Notes: generated by a model from the sequence alone, not told the origin. Shown: positions 12,351 to 24,920, counted from the stretch's first letter. The stretch: DNA of 124,000 bases from Wallemia ichthyophaga EXF-994 (GCF_000400465.1 NW_008806276.1:20001-144000); one strand, 5' to 3'. Translations and numbers: made by a program.

Positions 12351-14865
12351 ATGTCAACAGCCAATACCAAAGACAAGGATTTATTTTATAAAATTGATTT
12401 GAGTGAAACCAAGCAGCAGCTAAATGATTTTAATAAAAGGGACAAGAATTTCAACAATTTAAAGTTAGTTTTAAAGAGAATACTGGCGAATGTTACTATG
12501 GGCTATGATTTGTCTGGTATTTACAAGGATGTTGTGCAGCATTTGAGCGTTAAGGATATTCAAATCAAGAAGCTTATTTACTCGTACCTAGCCACCTACG
12601 CTAAACATCGCCCTGATCTCATCCACCATCCCGTTTCTCTCCTTCTCAACGATTGCGCTGATAGGAATCCTTTACTGCGCTCCCTTGCCCTACGCACCAT
12701 GTCCTATATACAACTCCCATACGTTGCTCACTCTCTCATGGACCCTCTCAGGCATTGCCTCTCCGACGCTGATCCTTACGTGCGTAAAACCGCCGCAATT
12801 AGCCTCTGTAAGCTCTACTCTTACGACCCTGCTCTTGTAGAGAAGCACAGCTTGATTAGATTCCTCCGTGACCTCCTCGCTGACTCAAACGCTGCCGTCG
12901 TCGCAAACGCTGTCGCTGCCTTATGCGAAATTGCAAACAAATCCTCCAACATACAGCTTAAATTGAATATTACCATTGCCAATAAGCTCGTGAACGCTCT
13001 CGACGAGTGCTCCGAGTGGGCCCAGGTCTATATTCTCGAATCCCTCCTCCATTTCACCCCTCAATCTTCCCATGACGCTACTCTCCTCATTGAACGCATA
13101 GCCACCAATCTTCAGCACTCTAACAGCGCTGTCGTTCTTTCCTCTACCAAGATCATCATCTATCTCTTCAACTATATCCAAAACCAAGACACCATTTCTC
13201 ACTACTCCCGCAAACTCAGCCCTCCTCTCATAACTCTCCTCTCTTCACCTCCTGAAGTTCAATATGTTGCCCTTCGCAACATCCTTCTCATCATCCAGCG
13301 CCGTCCTTTGGTGTTGCACGCTGACGTCAAAATTTTCTTCGTCAAATACTCCGACCCTATCTACGTCAAGCTGGCCAAACTCGAGATTATCTACCGTCTC
13401 ACGCGTGTCGAGAATTACCGCGAGATTCTCGCTGAGTTGAGTGAGTATGCGACGGAAGTTGATGTAGATTTCGTACGCAAAGCGATAAAGTTAATGGGAC
13501 GACTAGCGATAAAAATTGAGGAAGCGAGTGATGAATGTGTTCGAGTGCTTTTATCTCTCCTCAACGATGGTATTGGGTATGTAGTGCAAGAGGTGATAGT
13601 AGTGATGCGAGACATTCTGCGCAAGTATCCGACACGCTACATCCGCGACTTGCCCGTTTTAACAGCGCAAATTGATCACCTCAATGACGTTGAGTCTCGC
13701 TCAGCGATGATCTGGATGATAGGGGAATATGCTGATATGATACCGCTCTCTCACGAGCTGCTCGACGACTATCTCTTTGCATTCCGCGAAGAGCATGTCG
13801 ATGTACAGCTGTCTCTCCTCACAGCAACAGTTAAGCTCTTTATCAAGACTCCCCATCAGGGTCAGGAACTAGTCCCGCGCGTGCTCGCTTGGGGGACTGA
13901 AGAGATGGATAATCCTGATATACGTGATCGCGCTTTTCTCTACTGGCGCCTCCTCTCTAGTGACCCTAACGCCGCGCGCGATGTGGTGCTAGCTACTAAA
14001 CCTACCATTAGCACCGATGCTGATCGCATGGATCGCTCTCTCCTTGACTCGCTCCTTTTGCATGGTGAGTAGGAACATGAAACCTCACCCACCTCACTTA
14101 GCTCACACATCCCTCTCAGTCGGTGAACTTAGCTCCGTGTATCACAAACAGCCTACGGCATTCATACGCGGCGCTAAAGTTAGATACCTCCCAGACTCAC
14201 CGTGTCTGGATACGCACGCACGCAGAGCGGCCCAGACGGCCAGTGCGCGTCATGAAGCTCCGACGCCGCTACCGAGTGTCCCGTCGCCCGATGTGGCTGT
14301 TGGCGGCGATGGGAGTGGTGGAGGTGAGGGTGCTGGAGAGAGTTTGAGTGTGAGTGTGAACGTGAATAACAGTGCTCACGCTCCAGCTCCCAGCCCCACC
14401 TCACCCACCAACCCCGGCTCAGCTAATGATCTCCACGCCCGTCCTATCTCTGTCGCTGGCGATCTCCTACCGCAGCATCTCACAGACGGTGGGATACATG
14501 CGGCGAATTCAAACAGACTTACGGCTGACTTTGGTCGTTTGAGTGTCGGTGGAGTAGGAGTGGGTGGAATGAGTCCCAGTGGCAGTCTAGGTGTGAATAT
14601 GAATGAAGAGCAACACGCAAACCACTCTCCGCACTCTCCTTCTTCACCTATTTACCCGGATGCTCACTCTCACTCTCTCCATTCCCCACATTCCAACTCC
14701 ACTCCCCCCTCAAACACACCGCACGGAGCTTACACCCAACTCAACCCTAACAGCGCAGAGACTAACGACCCTTCCAACCCTTATGCAGCACTGGGCGATG
14801 CGTTCGACGATACTCCCGTTCTTCACTCGAGAGGTGACCACAATGATTCGCTGTTAGACTTTTAG
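12351..14865 (+). CDS. APL1: Adaptor complex beta subunit (most like AP-2 beta), no ear domain
   Basis: KRILANVTMGYD, DRNPLLRSLALRTMSYI, DPYVRKTAA, NPDIRDRAFLYWRLLS. Intron 14065-14119 gives VGELSSVYHKQP. The AP-2 versus AP-1 call is inferred from the N-terminal motif. Confidence 0.85.
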
Positions 14866-14994
14866 ATGGTTAGATGGTTAGACTCTTAGATTATGGACTT
14901 GGTTGATACATTTTTATACACCAATTAGATATCATGTTTTCACCTATTATATCATACATACACTATTATACATATACACCTGAAAGAACTCCCA

Positions 14995-17225
14995 CTACAC
15001 CCTTCCATCAACACCACCACTCTGATAGTGGTACGACAGCGGGCGTGGCTTGGGTACATAAGTGTCAAAACAGCCTCTGCACCAAACCCAACCGTCAAAG
15101 TCAACTTTAGCGAAGCTATCGAGGTCTTTAGCGCAGCCACGACAGCGCAGACACTTGGAATGGTACTTTGTACCTGCCGGTCCGGGAGTGCATTCGAACA
15201 GTGTCAATTTCTCTCCGCACGACGGACAGCTCGACATGCCGCCAAAATGTGAACGAGAGAAGGGTGATGAGCGTGTAGCCCAGAGGCTTTTTTTAGGAGG
15301 AGAGGGTGTGTTGAGTGTTTTGTGGGATGTCTCACCACCTGAGCCTTTGGGTTGATTCACACCTACACTGTCGCCACTCCCGCGTCGCGCATTGAGCGTG
15401 CTGGGGGATGGTGTCAGTGTTGCATGCACCGCCTTGCCCAATTTGGGCGGTGTGTTGGTGTTGGTGTTGGTGGTGTAGGCATTGCGCAGTCCGGGCGAGT
15501 ATTCTTTGCGCTGGGGTGAGGTCTGAGGTGTGGTGTTCTCCCGGGGTTTGACTTGGGTGCTGCTACTGCCAACGCTACCGAGCGTCCATGTTACTTGCGC
15601 AGGTGCACACTCCTTATGCCCAAGTCTGCCATTTGTAAGCTTCACAACTGATAACTTCCCCTCCGTCCCTTCCCCGGCAAGCGTCTTGCCGCACTGCGCA
15701 CAAAGCAGACAGTCTGCATGGTATGTCCCTTCGCCCGGTACACTGACTATATGTGTTTGTGTTTGCATCTGTTTGTTTGAGTTTGTGTGCATTGCGCTGA
15801 TCGGACGTTTGCACTCGGCGCACTCCTCCGTATTCTCCTTATCTTGATGCACATCTCGCCTTCCACTCAGCTCGTCGTGGAAACTGGTTATGCTCTGCGA
15901 TCGACTGCGCACATTGCTCGGTCTGGGGAAGACATTTGAGTCGAGAGAGTACTTTGAGCTGCGCCGTGAAGCTCGATTTGGTGGTGAGTTAGGAGGAGAA
16001 GCGTACTTCTCGACGCCCTCGAAACCCCTTGCACCGACCAAATCTCTAGCCGACACGCGTCTTTCCTTCTTGTCGTGGTCTTTGACATAATTTTTCTCCC
16101 TCTCCGTTTGCTTTTTCTCGTCGAATTCGATACTGCGGTCGCGCGCAATATCAGCCAGATTCGCCAGACTTTCTCGCTGCTTCGGAGAGATGTTTGACGC
16201 TTCGGTGAGTTCAACGCCACTCAGCTGCTCGCCAAGCATCGAGACGCGACCAGAACGTCTGGGCGATGTCTTCACGTTGCTGTCTGAGTTGATATTTTCA
16301 TTTGCGTTGTTAGGTGCGCTCGCAAGACCTAGTCTGTGGTTCAAATCGCGCATGGCACTATCCATCGACGGCTTTTGGGCGACATTGCGACTCTGTCTGC
16401 GACCACTCTTGCTGCGTCTGATCTGCGCTCTGTATGCACTACCCTCGAAACAATCGATGCAACAAGGCCAGCCATCAAGATCGGTGATAGGATCATTCTT
16501 CAAACTAACCCCGCAACCATCGCAATTGAAGCAGTTTGAGTGGAATAAACCGCACTTTGTGTTGATGTACACACCTTCCACTTTGAGTTCACCAATGACA
16601 GCTTTGCGACAGACAACACAGTCGCCTTTGCTGAAATTGGCGACGTAGCAGTGGTAGCAGAATGCTCTGCTCTCTGTACTGCCAATATCGTCGTGTGGGT
16701 GGATGTAGAGAGTGGAATTGGGTGGAAACGGGGTAGAGCATGACATACATACGGGGTGAGTGGTTGGAGACTCGGGTGAGAGGACGCTGCCAACGAGTTT
16801 GGTGAGTGTACCATCGGCAGTTTCGAGGAGTGGAGAGGCTGGACAAGAATCAGGTAATTGATATTCAACCTGTGGCTGCTGATTACTATCAAACACTTCT
16901 GGTCTGTTACGCCTGTTTGTGTTGTTGTTATTCCTGTTGCTGTTGCTGTTGCTGTTGCTGATGCTGCCGCTCGTGGACTTTGGTGGTTCAACATAACTAG
17001 AAAATATTAGTTGTGACAGCTACACACATACACGCCCAACTCACGTCCTTATCCAGCTATCAGATCTCTTGGTCTGGGATGGCCATTTCACTTGTCCGCC
17101 TGGATTTGGATGTAAATAACGCGAAATTTAAATTAATTCAAAAACCCACCGACTGCTACACCGCCGCACTTTTTACATCTCTCGTCCTTCTTGCAGATAT
17201 CACCACAGCGCGAGCAGAATGGCAT
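14995..17225 (-). CDS. LIM-domain protein (paxillin-like) with N-terminal Cys4 zinc motif
   Basis: LIM patterns CMSC..H..CYHC, CVVC..HSNCFNCDGC, CAEC..HADCLLCAQC, CPSC..HSKCLRCRGC. Two upstream exons, missed by the ORF track, give MPFCSRCGDICKKDERCKKCGG. Confidence 0.85.
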
Positions 17226-17364
17226 TTGTGGTGGTGTTGGCGGTGGTGGTGGTGGTGGTGGTTGAGAGTTAAGAGGGAAGATTGAGTGATGGCGGAGATA
17301 GCAGGAGATGGCTGGAGATAGATGGAGATAATAAGTCGATGTGCCTCTCTATCCTCAACCACCA

Positions 17365-17946
17365 ATGTCGAGCTCAATCGTCTTTGACCACTTATTCACC
17401 TGCGACAGTATAGACAAAGATGGCAAGAAGTTCGATAGAGGTTGGTTACTTGTATTTTACTAGGCTTCGTCTAATAACCCGTTCAAGTGGCCAGAATCGG
17501 TGCAACTTCGACAACGCCAAACTTGAATTGCATTATTGATTTGCCTGTTGAGGTTTTCAGTTTGGCGGAGAATGAGAAATTCACAATGGCTTTGTCTACT
17601 TCGCTGTCTAATGATAGTACTGCACAAGCCCAGGGACACGGTTGGAGGCCTGTGAGTTGAGAGAGGCAGCCAATCACGCCCACTCATACTTACTTTCACA
17701 GGGCATGGATAACCAAGGTCTGGCTGCCGATTACGAGTATGTCTGTTTCGGCAAGGTTTACAAGTTCGACGAAGGAAAGCAGGAAATAGCGTGTGTAACG
17801 GTATTTACGTTTCACTTCACACTCTCACACTCTCCAGCACTGCTTATATCTCTTTCGGCGGTTTATTACTCGCAATCACCGGTCATGTCCGCTACTTGAG
17901 CGATATCAGCGTAGGAGAGGATCTTTATTTGCTTGTTCGCAGATGA
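17365..17946 (+). CDS. RPB8: RNA polymerase I/II/III shared subunit RPABC3
   Basis: Four exons: MSSSIVFDHLFTCDSIDKDGKKFDRV / ARIGATS / LAADYEYVCFGKVYKFDE / TAYISFGGLLLAITG..LYLLVRR*. Confidence 0.93.
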
Positions 17947-17965
17947 TTATATTTATTTATTCGTA

Positions 17966-20900
17966 TTAGCATCTTTTTGCGACTGTTTAGGCTTATTTAC
18001 GCTTATTTTAAGCCTATTTTACGCCTATTTTACACCTATACACCCCTATTTACCCTCCTCACTCACCCATTTCTATCTGCTCCCGGAGCATTTTACTCTC
18101 ATCATTCATCGCCGTTATCATTTGCTCGTAACTACGCTCTATCTGCGCTATCTTGCTGTTATGTGCTTTGTGTAGCGCTTCGGTGGATATATTCCCACTG
18201 TTAAACACCGTCTCATCCCCCATACTCTTCAGTTTGGCTTCCGCTGCTGCGCGTCCGTCCTTCTCATGTAACAGTACCTTGCGCAACTCTCCCACTTCAA
18301 CCTCCGCTTGTCTCATCCTCTTCAGTGCCGCATCCAGGTTATTATTCTGTTCCTGCATTTTGTAGTTACGCTCGTTCAGTTCGTCGTTTAGCCCCGTTGT
18401 TGCCTCTGTCATGCTCTTCTGTACTGCTTTCATCGATTCTATATCTCCCATCAGTTTCATGCACTTGGTGCGTGAATCTGACAGCATTCCCTCCAGTCCT
18501 TCTTTGTCTGATGTGTATTAGCAACTACGTAATCTCATTCTCACTTTACCCACGGCTATGCGCAGCTGAAAGCTGCATGAATGAAGATTGTGTTGATTCA
18601 CGCAGCACTTCAATCTCATTTCGAAGCTGAGCCACATCTGAGAAAATTTGTCAGACAAGTGATTTCTTCAAACCCATACTCTCACCCACCTTGCTCGCTA
18701 TGCATGCTCCTCATTCTCTCCTTCACTTCTGCCAACTCCGCACCCATTCTGCTAGCGTCGTCGACCTGTTTTTCGAGCACTGTCACTCTCTCCATAAACG
18801 ACGGCAGCTCTTCCAGTTGCATCTTGAGACTTGCTATTTCGGACGAGCTGTCCTCCTTCGTTCCCTCCAGCTCTTTGATCCTACTGTGCAGCGCTTCCAT
18901 CTCACCACTCTTACTTGCCACATCCTCCTCCAATTTCTGAATTACCTCTTGCGATGAAGCATCGTTTGATATACTTTCGTTTAGGGTATGTAGCTGTTCT
19001 TTTAGATTTTCATTCGAAGCATGTGCTTCGTGGGCTTCTTTTAGTGCTTCTTCGTGTCTGTGTTTGTGATTCACCAATTCAGTTTCTGCCTTGTTAAATT
19101 GACTCTGAAGAGCGATTAATTTCTCCTCCTTTTCATCGCGCTCATGCTGCTCGCGCTCCTGCAGCGCCTGCAGCTCCAGCGTTTGTTGCTCGAGTGTACT
19201 AGCGCGTGTCAGAGCTTCTGCAAGCTTTTTGCTAGTGTCATCCAGTGCCTCCTGCAGTGCGTGTGTGTTATTACCACTATCACTCGCCTTCTCTTGCAGA
19301 CTTTCCATCCTGCTTTCATACGCCTTCATATCCACTTCATGCTGCGCTGCACTCTCTTCCAGCTCCCTGATGCGAGTATTGGCTGCGTCCTGCTGAGTGG
19401 AGAGTGAATCGTAATGAGCAGCGCTCTCCTCCAGCTCTTTGATGCGTACAGCGGCTTTTTCGTGTTCTGCATAAAGCAGCGCATGTTGCGCGGCACTCTC
19501 CTCTAACTCCCTGATGCGTTCGCTGGCTGAGTCGTATTGGGTGTAAAGCACTTCATGCTCAGCTGCACTTTTCTCTAGATCCTTGATGCGCGTCGTTGCT
19601 GCCTTGTGTTCTTCAGATAGTGCGTGGTGTTGAGTGGCACTCTCTTCCAACTCCTTAATGCGAGAAGTGGCTGCCTTGTGCTCTTCAGATAATAGGCCAT
19701 GCTGCGCAATACTCTCCTCTAACTCTTTAATGCGAGACGTAGCTGCCTCGTGCTCTTCAGACAGCGAGCTGTGCTGAGCGGCACTTTCCTCCAGCTCTTT
19801 AATGCGAGTAATGGCTGACTCGTACTCTTCAGATAACAGACCGTGCTGCGCAATGCTCTCCTCCAGCTCTTTAATGCGCCAAGTAGCTACTTGATGCTCT
19901 TCAGAAAGCAAGCTGTGTTGAGCAGCGCTATCATCCAATTCTTTGATACGAGAAACAGCAGCGTCGTATTGTTGAGACAGCAGGCCTTGTTGAGCGATGG
20001 TTTCCTCTAAGTCCTTGATACGAGCACTTGCTGAATCATGCTCGTTGGATAATGAGCTGTGTTGCGCAGCACTCTCCTCCAGCTCCCTGATGCGAATATT
20101 GGCTGCGTCATGGTTTGCAGCTAGCTGAGCGTGTTCTTGTGATACCTCTGACACCTCCTCCAATGCCACTATCTTCTCTTTCAATTGCGCTACGTCCTCT
20201 GCATGTATCCTGAGTTCTGCTACTGTCTGCTCCAATTCCAAAACACGAGTGTTGTGCATGTCCATTTGATCTGCGTTTTCATCGCGTGCTTTGAGAATTT
20301 CTTCCAATTCTTGGATTCGTGTGGCAGCAGTGTTGTCATATGAATCATGTATCTCCAGTATATCCTTCCTTTCCTGCTTATCTTTCTCATACTCAGACAC
20401 TCTCGTCTCAAGGGTTTCCAACATCTGCGCGCGTTCTTCAGCGACAGTATACTCGTGGTCAAGTTTAGCCTGAGTGTCGAGTAGACTCTGCTGGGCGGTG
20501 TGGAGGGCATGCGAATCAGTGTCAGCAGTCTCTCCAGCTTCGAACCCTTTATCGCCAACATGTCCAGCCGCAATGACGCTTTCCAATTCTGCAATACGAG
20601 CATGAGCGTCAGCGTCAGCGTCAGTGTTGGTATTGGCATTGGAATTGGCACTGCGCTCTGCGTCTAGCTCCGCACTGAGTGACTCAATGTGAGACTGAAG
20701 CTGAGCTATCTTCTCCGAGGCGGGAATAGAGCGAGGAGCGCCTGGCTTGCCCATAGCGCTTCCAGGCCTGCCTCCACCCACGGCGCTCCCGGGTCTGCCC
20801 ATTGCACTACCGGGTCTGCTCGGTACATCGTGGGAGAGGGAGCGCGACACGGATGATCTGCGAGTGGCGGATGCGGGCTGGGGCGAGGGTGCAGCCGATA

Positions 20901-21229
20901 GCCGCGATGTTGGTCTGTGAGGAGCGTTGGCGCTGCGTGTTGCTGGTGATGGGGTTGGTCTGGGTGCACTGCTGGCACTGCTGGCACTGGTAGTACCGGT
21001 AGATGTGCGCGTGGTTGTTGCACCGCGTCTGGCGGCCGCTGTCGCTGTAGATGGTGCCACCTTCCTCACCGTCGTCGGCGTGGCGGTCGTCGCTGACTTG
21101 GCTGGCACTCTGCGCGCGCCTGCGGTTACACCTGCTTTCACTCTTCTGTTTACATCGTTAGCGCACTCGTCTTCGCCTTGTTCCGCTCCCGTCTTACGGC
21201 TTGTCTTCTTCTTGCACTGGCGATCCCAT
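17966..21229 (-). CDS. Long coiled-coil protein with basic S/P/R-rich N-terminus (RPGSAMG repeats) and 24-aa heptad repeats
   Basis: Start MGSPVQEEDKP spliced (GTAAGA..CTAAC..CAG) into ORF 18682-21258. Further exons reach ~17966; the 3' end is uncertain. Confidence 0.7.
19338..20130 (-). repeat. Imperfect 72-bp (24-aa) coding tandem repeat, ~11 units
   Basis: Units such as HGLLSEEYESAITRIKELEESAAQ / HSSLSEEHEAATSRIKELEESIAQ. Confidence 0.85.
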
Positions 21230-21315
21230 ATCGTGGTTTGAAACAAAGAAAGAAACAAAGGAATATTGTAAATAATTTTATTGTATATTTATTTAGTATT
21301 GATATTACTCGATTG

Positions 21316-22806
21316 TTAACGCTGCTGTCGTTGTCCTTGTTGCCCTTGTTGCCCTTGCTGTCGTGGCCGTTGCTGCTTATATCGAGGCTGTGGAGAGTGT
21401 GGATAGACCATCTGCGGTGATTGGATAGGTGATGCGGCGGCGTTGTGGGCATTGTAAGCACCTAAAGCATCACCTAAACCCCCGGCCACTCCTCCAGTGC
21501 TCCCTCCAAACATCTGCATATGCGCTGCTTGCGCCTGCATTTGCCACTGTATTTGCCACTGCGCCTGCCACTGCATCTGCATCTGCATCTGCAACTGCAT
21601 CTGAGCATTGAATTGCGCATTAAAAGGGCTGTCCCTGCCGGTGTCTACTGGAGGTGGTCGCGTCACGGATGGTGGAGTGCGCGTGTCTGTTTTGGGAGTG
21701 TTATTCCTGCTGTTGTTCTGTGACTGCGATCGCGTAGGTGACTTGGGACGCAAGTTATCGATTTCCTGCGTAAGCGGTACGAGATTTGTTCCATTGTTAG
21801 GGAATCGCTCGCTCCATTCTTTGGCGTCGAACAGCTCGACGCCGTGAGGAGGCGTGTACGGTGTGTCTCCAGCGCTACCTGCGCCCTCCAAACCCACAGT
21901 TAACCAGCCTCTGCGTGCTTCGTGTGGTGTGCCAAATAACGCTAGTCGACGTGTACCACTGCAGAATGTCTCTATCAGCGCTAGTAGCTCGGATGGCTTC
22001 TGCTTCGATGACTTGGCTATGATGGTGTCTACGTCTATGTTGCAGTTGACAAAGTGCGAGTCTGATGCACGGCGTACTGTACCGCGTATGCCCATTAAGC
22101 AGTGCTGTTTGGTACGTTTGAAGAGTGTGTCTGAGGTTTTATCCTCGAAAACCTCGTCATCATTCGCATCCTCCTCATCGGCCGTAGTTTCCACCCATAT
22201 CACATCCTCGGCCCGTCTATACCCCCACCTTGCAAGCAATTCTCTGCCCTTCTCGAGCCCGTCATCGCCACCACTGCCGACCCAGACAAAGACGAAACTG
22301 GGATCAGCCGAGAGCTGGCGGATGGGGAGAGTAGCGAGAGCATCCCAAGTCCATTGAGAACCCTGAACTTGAGCTGACTGTGAGCCTGCCAGTGGAGGAT
22401 CGATGCAAATAACATCAAACTTGCTGCCCAAATTAATAACATCAAACAACCGAGAATGCTCGTGGGGCGATGATGGGATAGCTTCGACCAGGTTGAATGG
22501 GAGGTACGTTGGCGGGTATGAGTGCTTCTCAATGAGCTCCCCTTTCAACGCGAGTAGGTGCTTTAACCGCGGATACTCATCGAATCGCCCTTCTCTGTAC
22601 GCGTTTATGATCTGATCTTGCGGCCGTATTAACGTGTTCACATATGCTAAGCTGAAGTCATTACGCATCGACTCTTCTTTCGCACTGTATCGCTCCCCAT
22701 ATGCTAATCGCTTCTGCTTCTTGTCCTCGGGGAGTTCCTCTGTATACGCTGACGCTGACAGCTTGTCGCCATTCTCAGTCTTATTCTTATTCTCATCCTC
22801 TCTCAT
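21316..22806 (-). CDS. KAR4: MT-A70 family m6A methyltransferase subunit, METTL14/Kar4-like
   Basis: KFDVICIDPPL, WTWDALATLPIRQLS, FVFVWVGSG, ELLARWGYRRAEDVIWV, RTKQHCLMGIRGTVRRASDSHFVNCNIDVD. An extra 5' exon is possible. Confidence 0.88.
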   Translation of the reverse strand: MREDENKNKTENGDKLSASAYTEELPEDKKQKRLAYGERYSAKEESMRNDFSLAYVNTLIRPQDQIINAYREGRFDEYPRLKHLLALKGELIEKHSYPPTYLPFNLVEAIPSSPHEHSRLFDVINLGSKFDVICIDPPLAGSQSAQVQGSQWTWDALATLPIRQLSADPSFVFVWVGSGGDDGLEKGRELLARWGYRRAEDVIWVETTADEEDANDDEVFEDKTSDTLFKRTKQHCLMGIRGTVRRASDSHFVNCNIDVDTIIAKSSKQKPSELLALIETFCSGTRRLALFGTPHEARRGWLTVGLEGAGSAGDTPYTPPHGVELFDAKEWSERFPNNGTNLVPLTQEIDNLRPKSPTRSQSQNNSRNNTPKTDTRTPPSVTRPPPVDTGRDSPFNAQFNAQMQLQMQMQMQWQAQWQIQWQMQAQAAHMQMFGGSTGGVAGGLGDALGAYNAHNAAASPIQSPQMVYPHSPQPRYKQQRPRQQGQQGQQGQRQQR

Positions 22807-23087
22807 CTGTACACGTCCTCATCGCCTTATAGGAGGGCTTTGTTGAGCAAATTCTATTTCCTCTGATTAGCTGCAAAATTTTACATTTCTTTTCTTCTCT
22901 TGGATGCTTGTGGGGATTCGTTTGTTCAGCTTCTCTTCTGCGTTTCATTCAGTTTGCTCGGTATTCATGACGTCAACTGGGTCACTCAATCTACGCAATG
23001 AAAAGCCTAGCGCTTTTTTTGAGCGTGCGGAAATTGCAACATGAAGGAAAAAAAAAAACCCCTTTTTTCCAAGAAAAAAGGGAAAAA

Positions 23088-23186
23088 TGGTAGAACTGGG
23101 ACTCGAACCCAGGACGCCTGAGGCAGCCGGAAAACTTAAGATAAATTACTTAAGCCGACCCGAATAACCAACTATCGGATTCTACC
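23088..23186 (-). tRNA. tRNA-Leu(TAA) with 17-nt intron
   Basis: Acceptor stem GGTAGAA/TTCTACC. Anticodon stem GTCGG/CCGGC with loop CT-TAA-G, then the intron. Long variable arm GCC-TCA-GGC, T arm CTGGG-TTCGAGT-CCCAG, followed by a T5 Pol III terminator. Confidence 0.92.
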
Positions 23187-23549
23187 ATAGCAACAGAATG
23201 GCAAAACCGCCATACTATTCTTGCATAAGCGATATCGGTGGGCATTACATTTATAATTGAATGTGTTAGAAACTCTCAATTTTTCAGAAAGTTTTGTTGG
23301 CTGTCAATTTCAGCACTTGTCTTACAAATTTTTAGCCCACACTCAAACTTAATACCTCAGAACTGCGATGAGATGGTTTATGAGGCGTTGTTTACCTCTT
23401 GAAAGTGCGAAAAGTAACAATTTAAAAACAAAGACTAATTTTTACCCCTCGATTACCCCTACACGCTCAAACCCGCACACATAAAGCAGGGTAATTGAGT
23501 TGATACACTTTATCGCATCGACGCTCAACGCACAACACACAACCGACTA

Positions 23550-24278
23550 ATGAATATGTCATTCACGCTGGGATTGATTGTGGGACAGCTCAGCGTGATT
23601 GCATTGCTGATGTTGATAATAAAGTATTTCATATTCAGCGATGTGGATGTGGCGATAGAGAAGCGTCGTCGGAAGAAGATGAAAGGGGAATTGCGCGCGG
23701 AAGGTGAGGAAGGTGAGGAGGATACGAAAGGGAGTACGGAGAAAGAGGAAAGCGTCGAATGGATGAATCTGCTACTAAAATCGTTGTACGCTGTTTATCG
23801 GCAGCATTTCAATAAAGTGGGCAAGGAAAAGATAGAGGAGATGCTAAATAGACGCAGAGGGGGAGTTATGGACAGAATCATCGTCAATGACGTCGGTATT
23901 GGTGACAAGTATCCTAATTTCAGTAATGCACGCTACACACAAGGAAAATGCTACTTGGATTTTGATTATAACGACGAATTGGAGCTGGATGTCACAACGA
24001 AGCTGATGATAAACTACCCGAAGCCGAGATTCGGGAGCATTCCAGTGGACGTGGTGATACGGCTGATAAGGTTTAGTGGGAGTGTATGGGTGGAGGTGGA
24101 TGGAGGGGAAATGACGGTGGGGCTCTCGAGCAACTACAACCTCAACATCAAGTGCCAGAGCTACGTCGGCAGCCGCGCAAAGCTGAAGGATGTGCCCAAG
24201 ATCGAGGAATTGATATACAACAATCTCGACAACATCCTCACCAACAAGCTATCCGAGTATAAATTCAAGATCGTGTAG
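23550..24278 (+). CDS. MMM1: ERMES subunit Mmm1 (TM + SMP domain), compact form
   Basis: SFTLGLIVGQLSV..IKYFIFSD, ESVEWMNLLL, GDKYPNFSNAR, LMINYPKPRFGSIPV, GSRAKLKDVPKIEELI. Confidence 0.9.
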   Translation: MNMSFTLGLIVGQLSVIALLMLIIKYFIFSDVDVAIEKRRRKKMKGELRAEGEEGEEDTKGSTEKEESVEWMNLLLKSLYAVYRQHFNKVGKEKIEEMLNRRRGGVMDRIIVNDVGIGDKYPNFSNARYTQGKCYLDFDYNDELELDVTTKLMINYPKPRFGSIPVDVVIRLIRFSGSVWVEVDGGEMTVGLSSNYNLNIKCQSYVGSRAKLKDVPKIEELIYNNLDNILTNKLSEYKFKIV

Positions 24279-24364
24279 CCATTGTAAAATAAAATTGATA
24301 ATCGCCTTCAATTCGGACTCTTTTCAGCGATCATCCGCCATCACCTGCGATCACCGAGTGTTTG

Positions 24365-24920
24365 ATGAGCCAGAGCCAACAGCTGCCGACGCTCGAGCCC
24401 AAGGCATACAGTTCACTAGCGATAAACCAGAAGAACATAGTGGAGCTGAGTGGCGACAAGGATTTGTACCTGTTCAAGCTTGACAACATATCCCATCACC
24501 AGCCGAGCGAGCAGACGCAGAAGAAAGAGCCGTCCAAGTCTGAGCTGGTAGCTAGGAGATATATGACAGACTCGACTACGCCGTCTTCGTCGAGGATGTC
24601 GAGTGTGCCGAGCGTGTCGAGCGTGTCCATGTCGACACTATCCACGTTATCAAGGGACAGGGACACCCGCAATCACGCTCACGCTCACAGCCCGACGAAT
24701 CGGCAGCCACTGGCGTGTATCGGGTGCAGGAAGCAGAAACTAAAGTGTTTGGGTGGCAAGCCATGTCAGCGCTGTGACAAGAGAGGTGAGAGTGTTCTCT
24801 GTGGTCCTATCCACCCATCTGACTTTCTCAATTCCAGGCAAAGACTGCGTATACGATACGCAAGTGCGAAGACGTGGCCCAGACAGAATAGCAGGCGGAA
24901 GGCTCAAGCCGGGGAGCTGA
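24365..24920 (+). CDS. Small Zn2Cys6 (GAL4-type) protein with the cluster at its C-terminus
   Basis: CIGCRKQKLKCLGGKPCQRCDKRG. Intron 24786-24837 completes KDCVYDTQVRRRGPD, with a stop 9 codons later. Confidence 0.8.

Noticed and set aside
12351-14865. Beta-adaptin lacking the appendage domain; YSC84-like protein lacking SH3; PDX1 lacking the catalytic core
   Set aside because: These are known states for fungal orthologs or paralogs, not novel.
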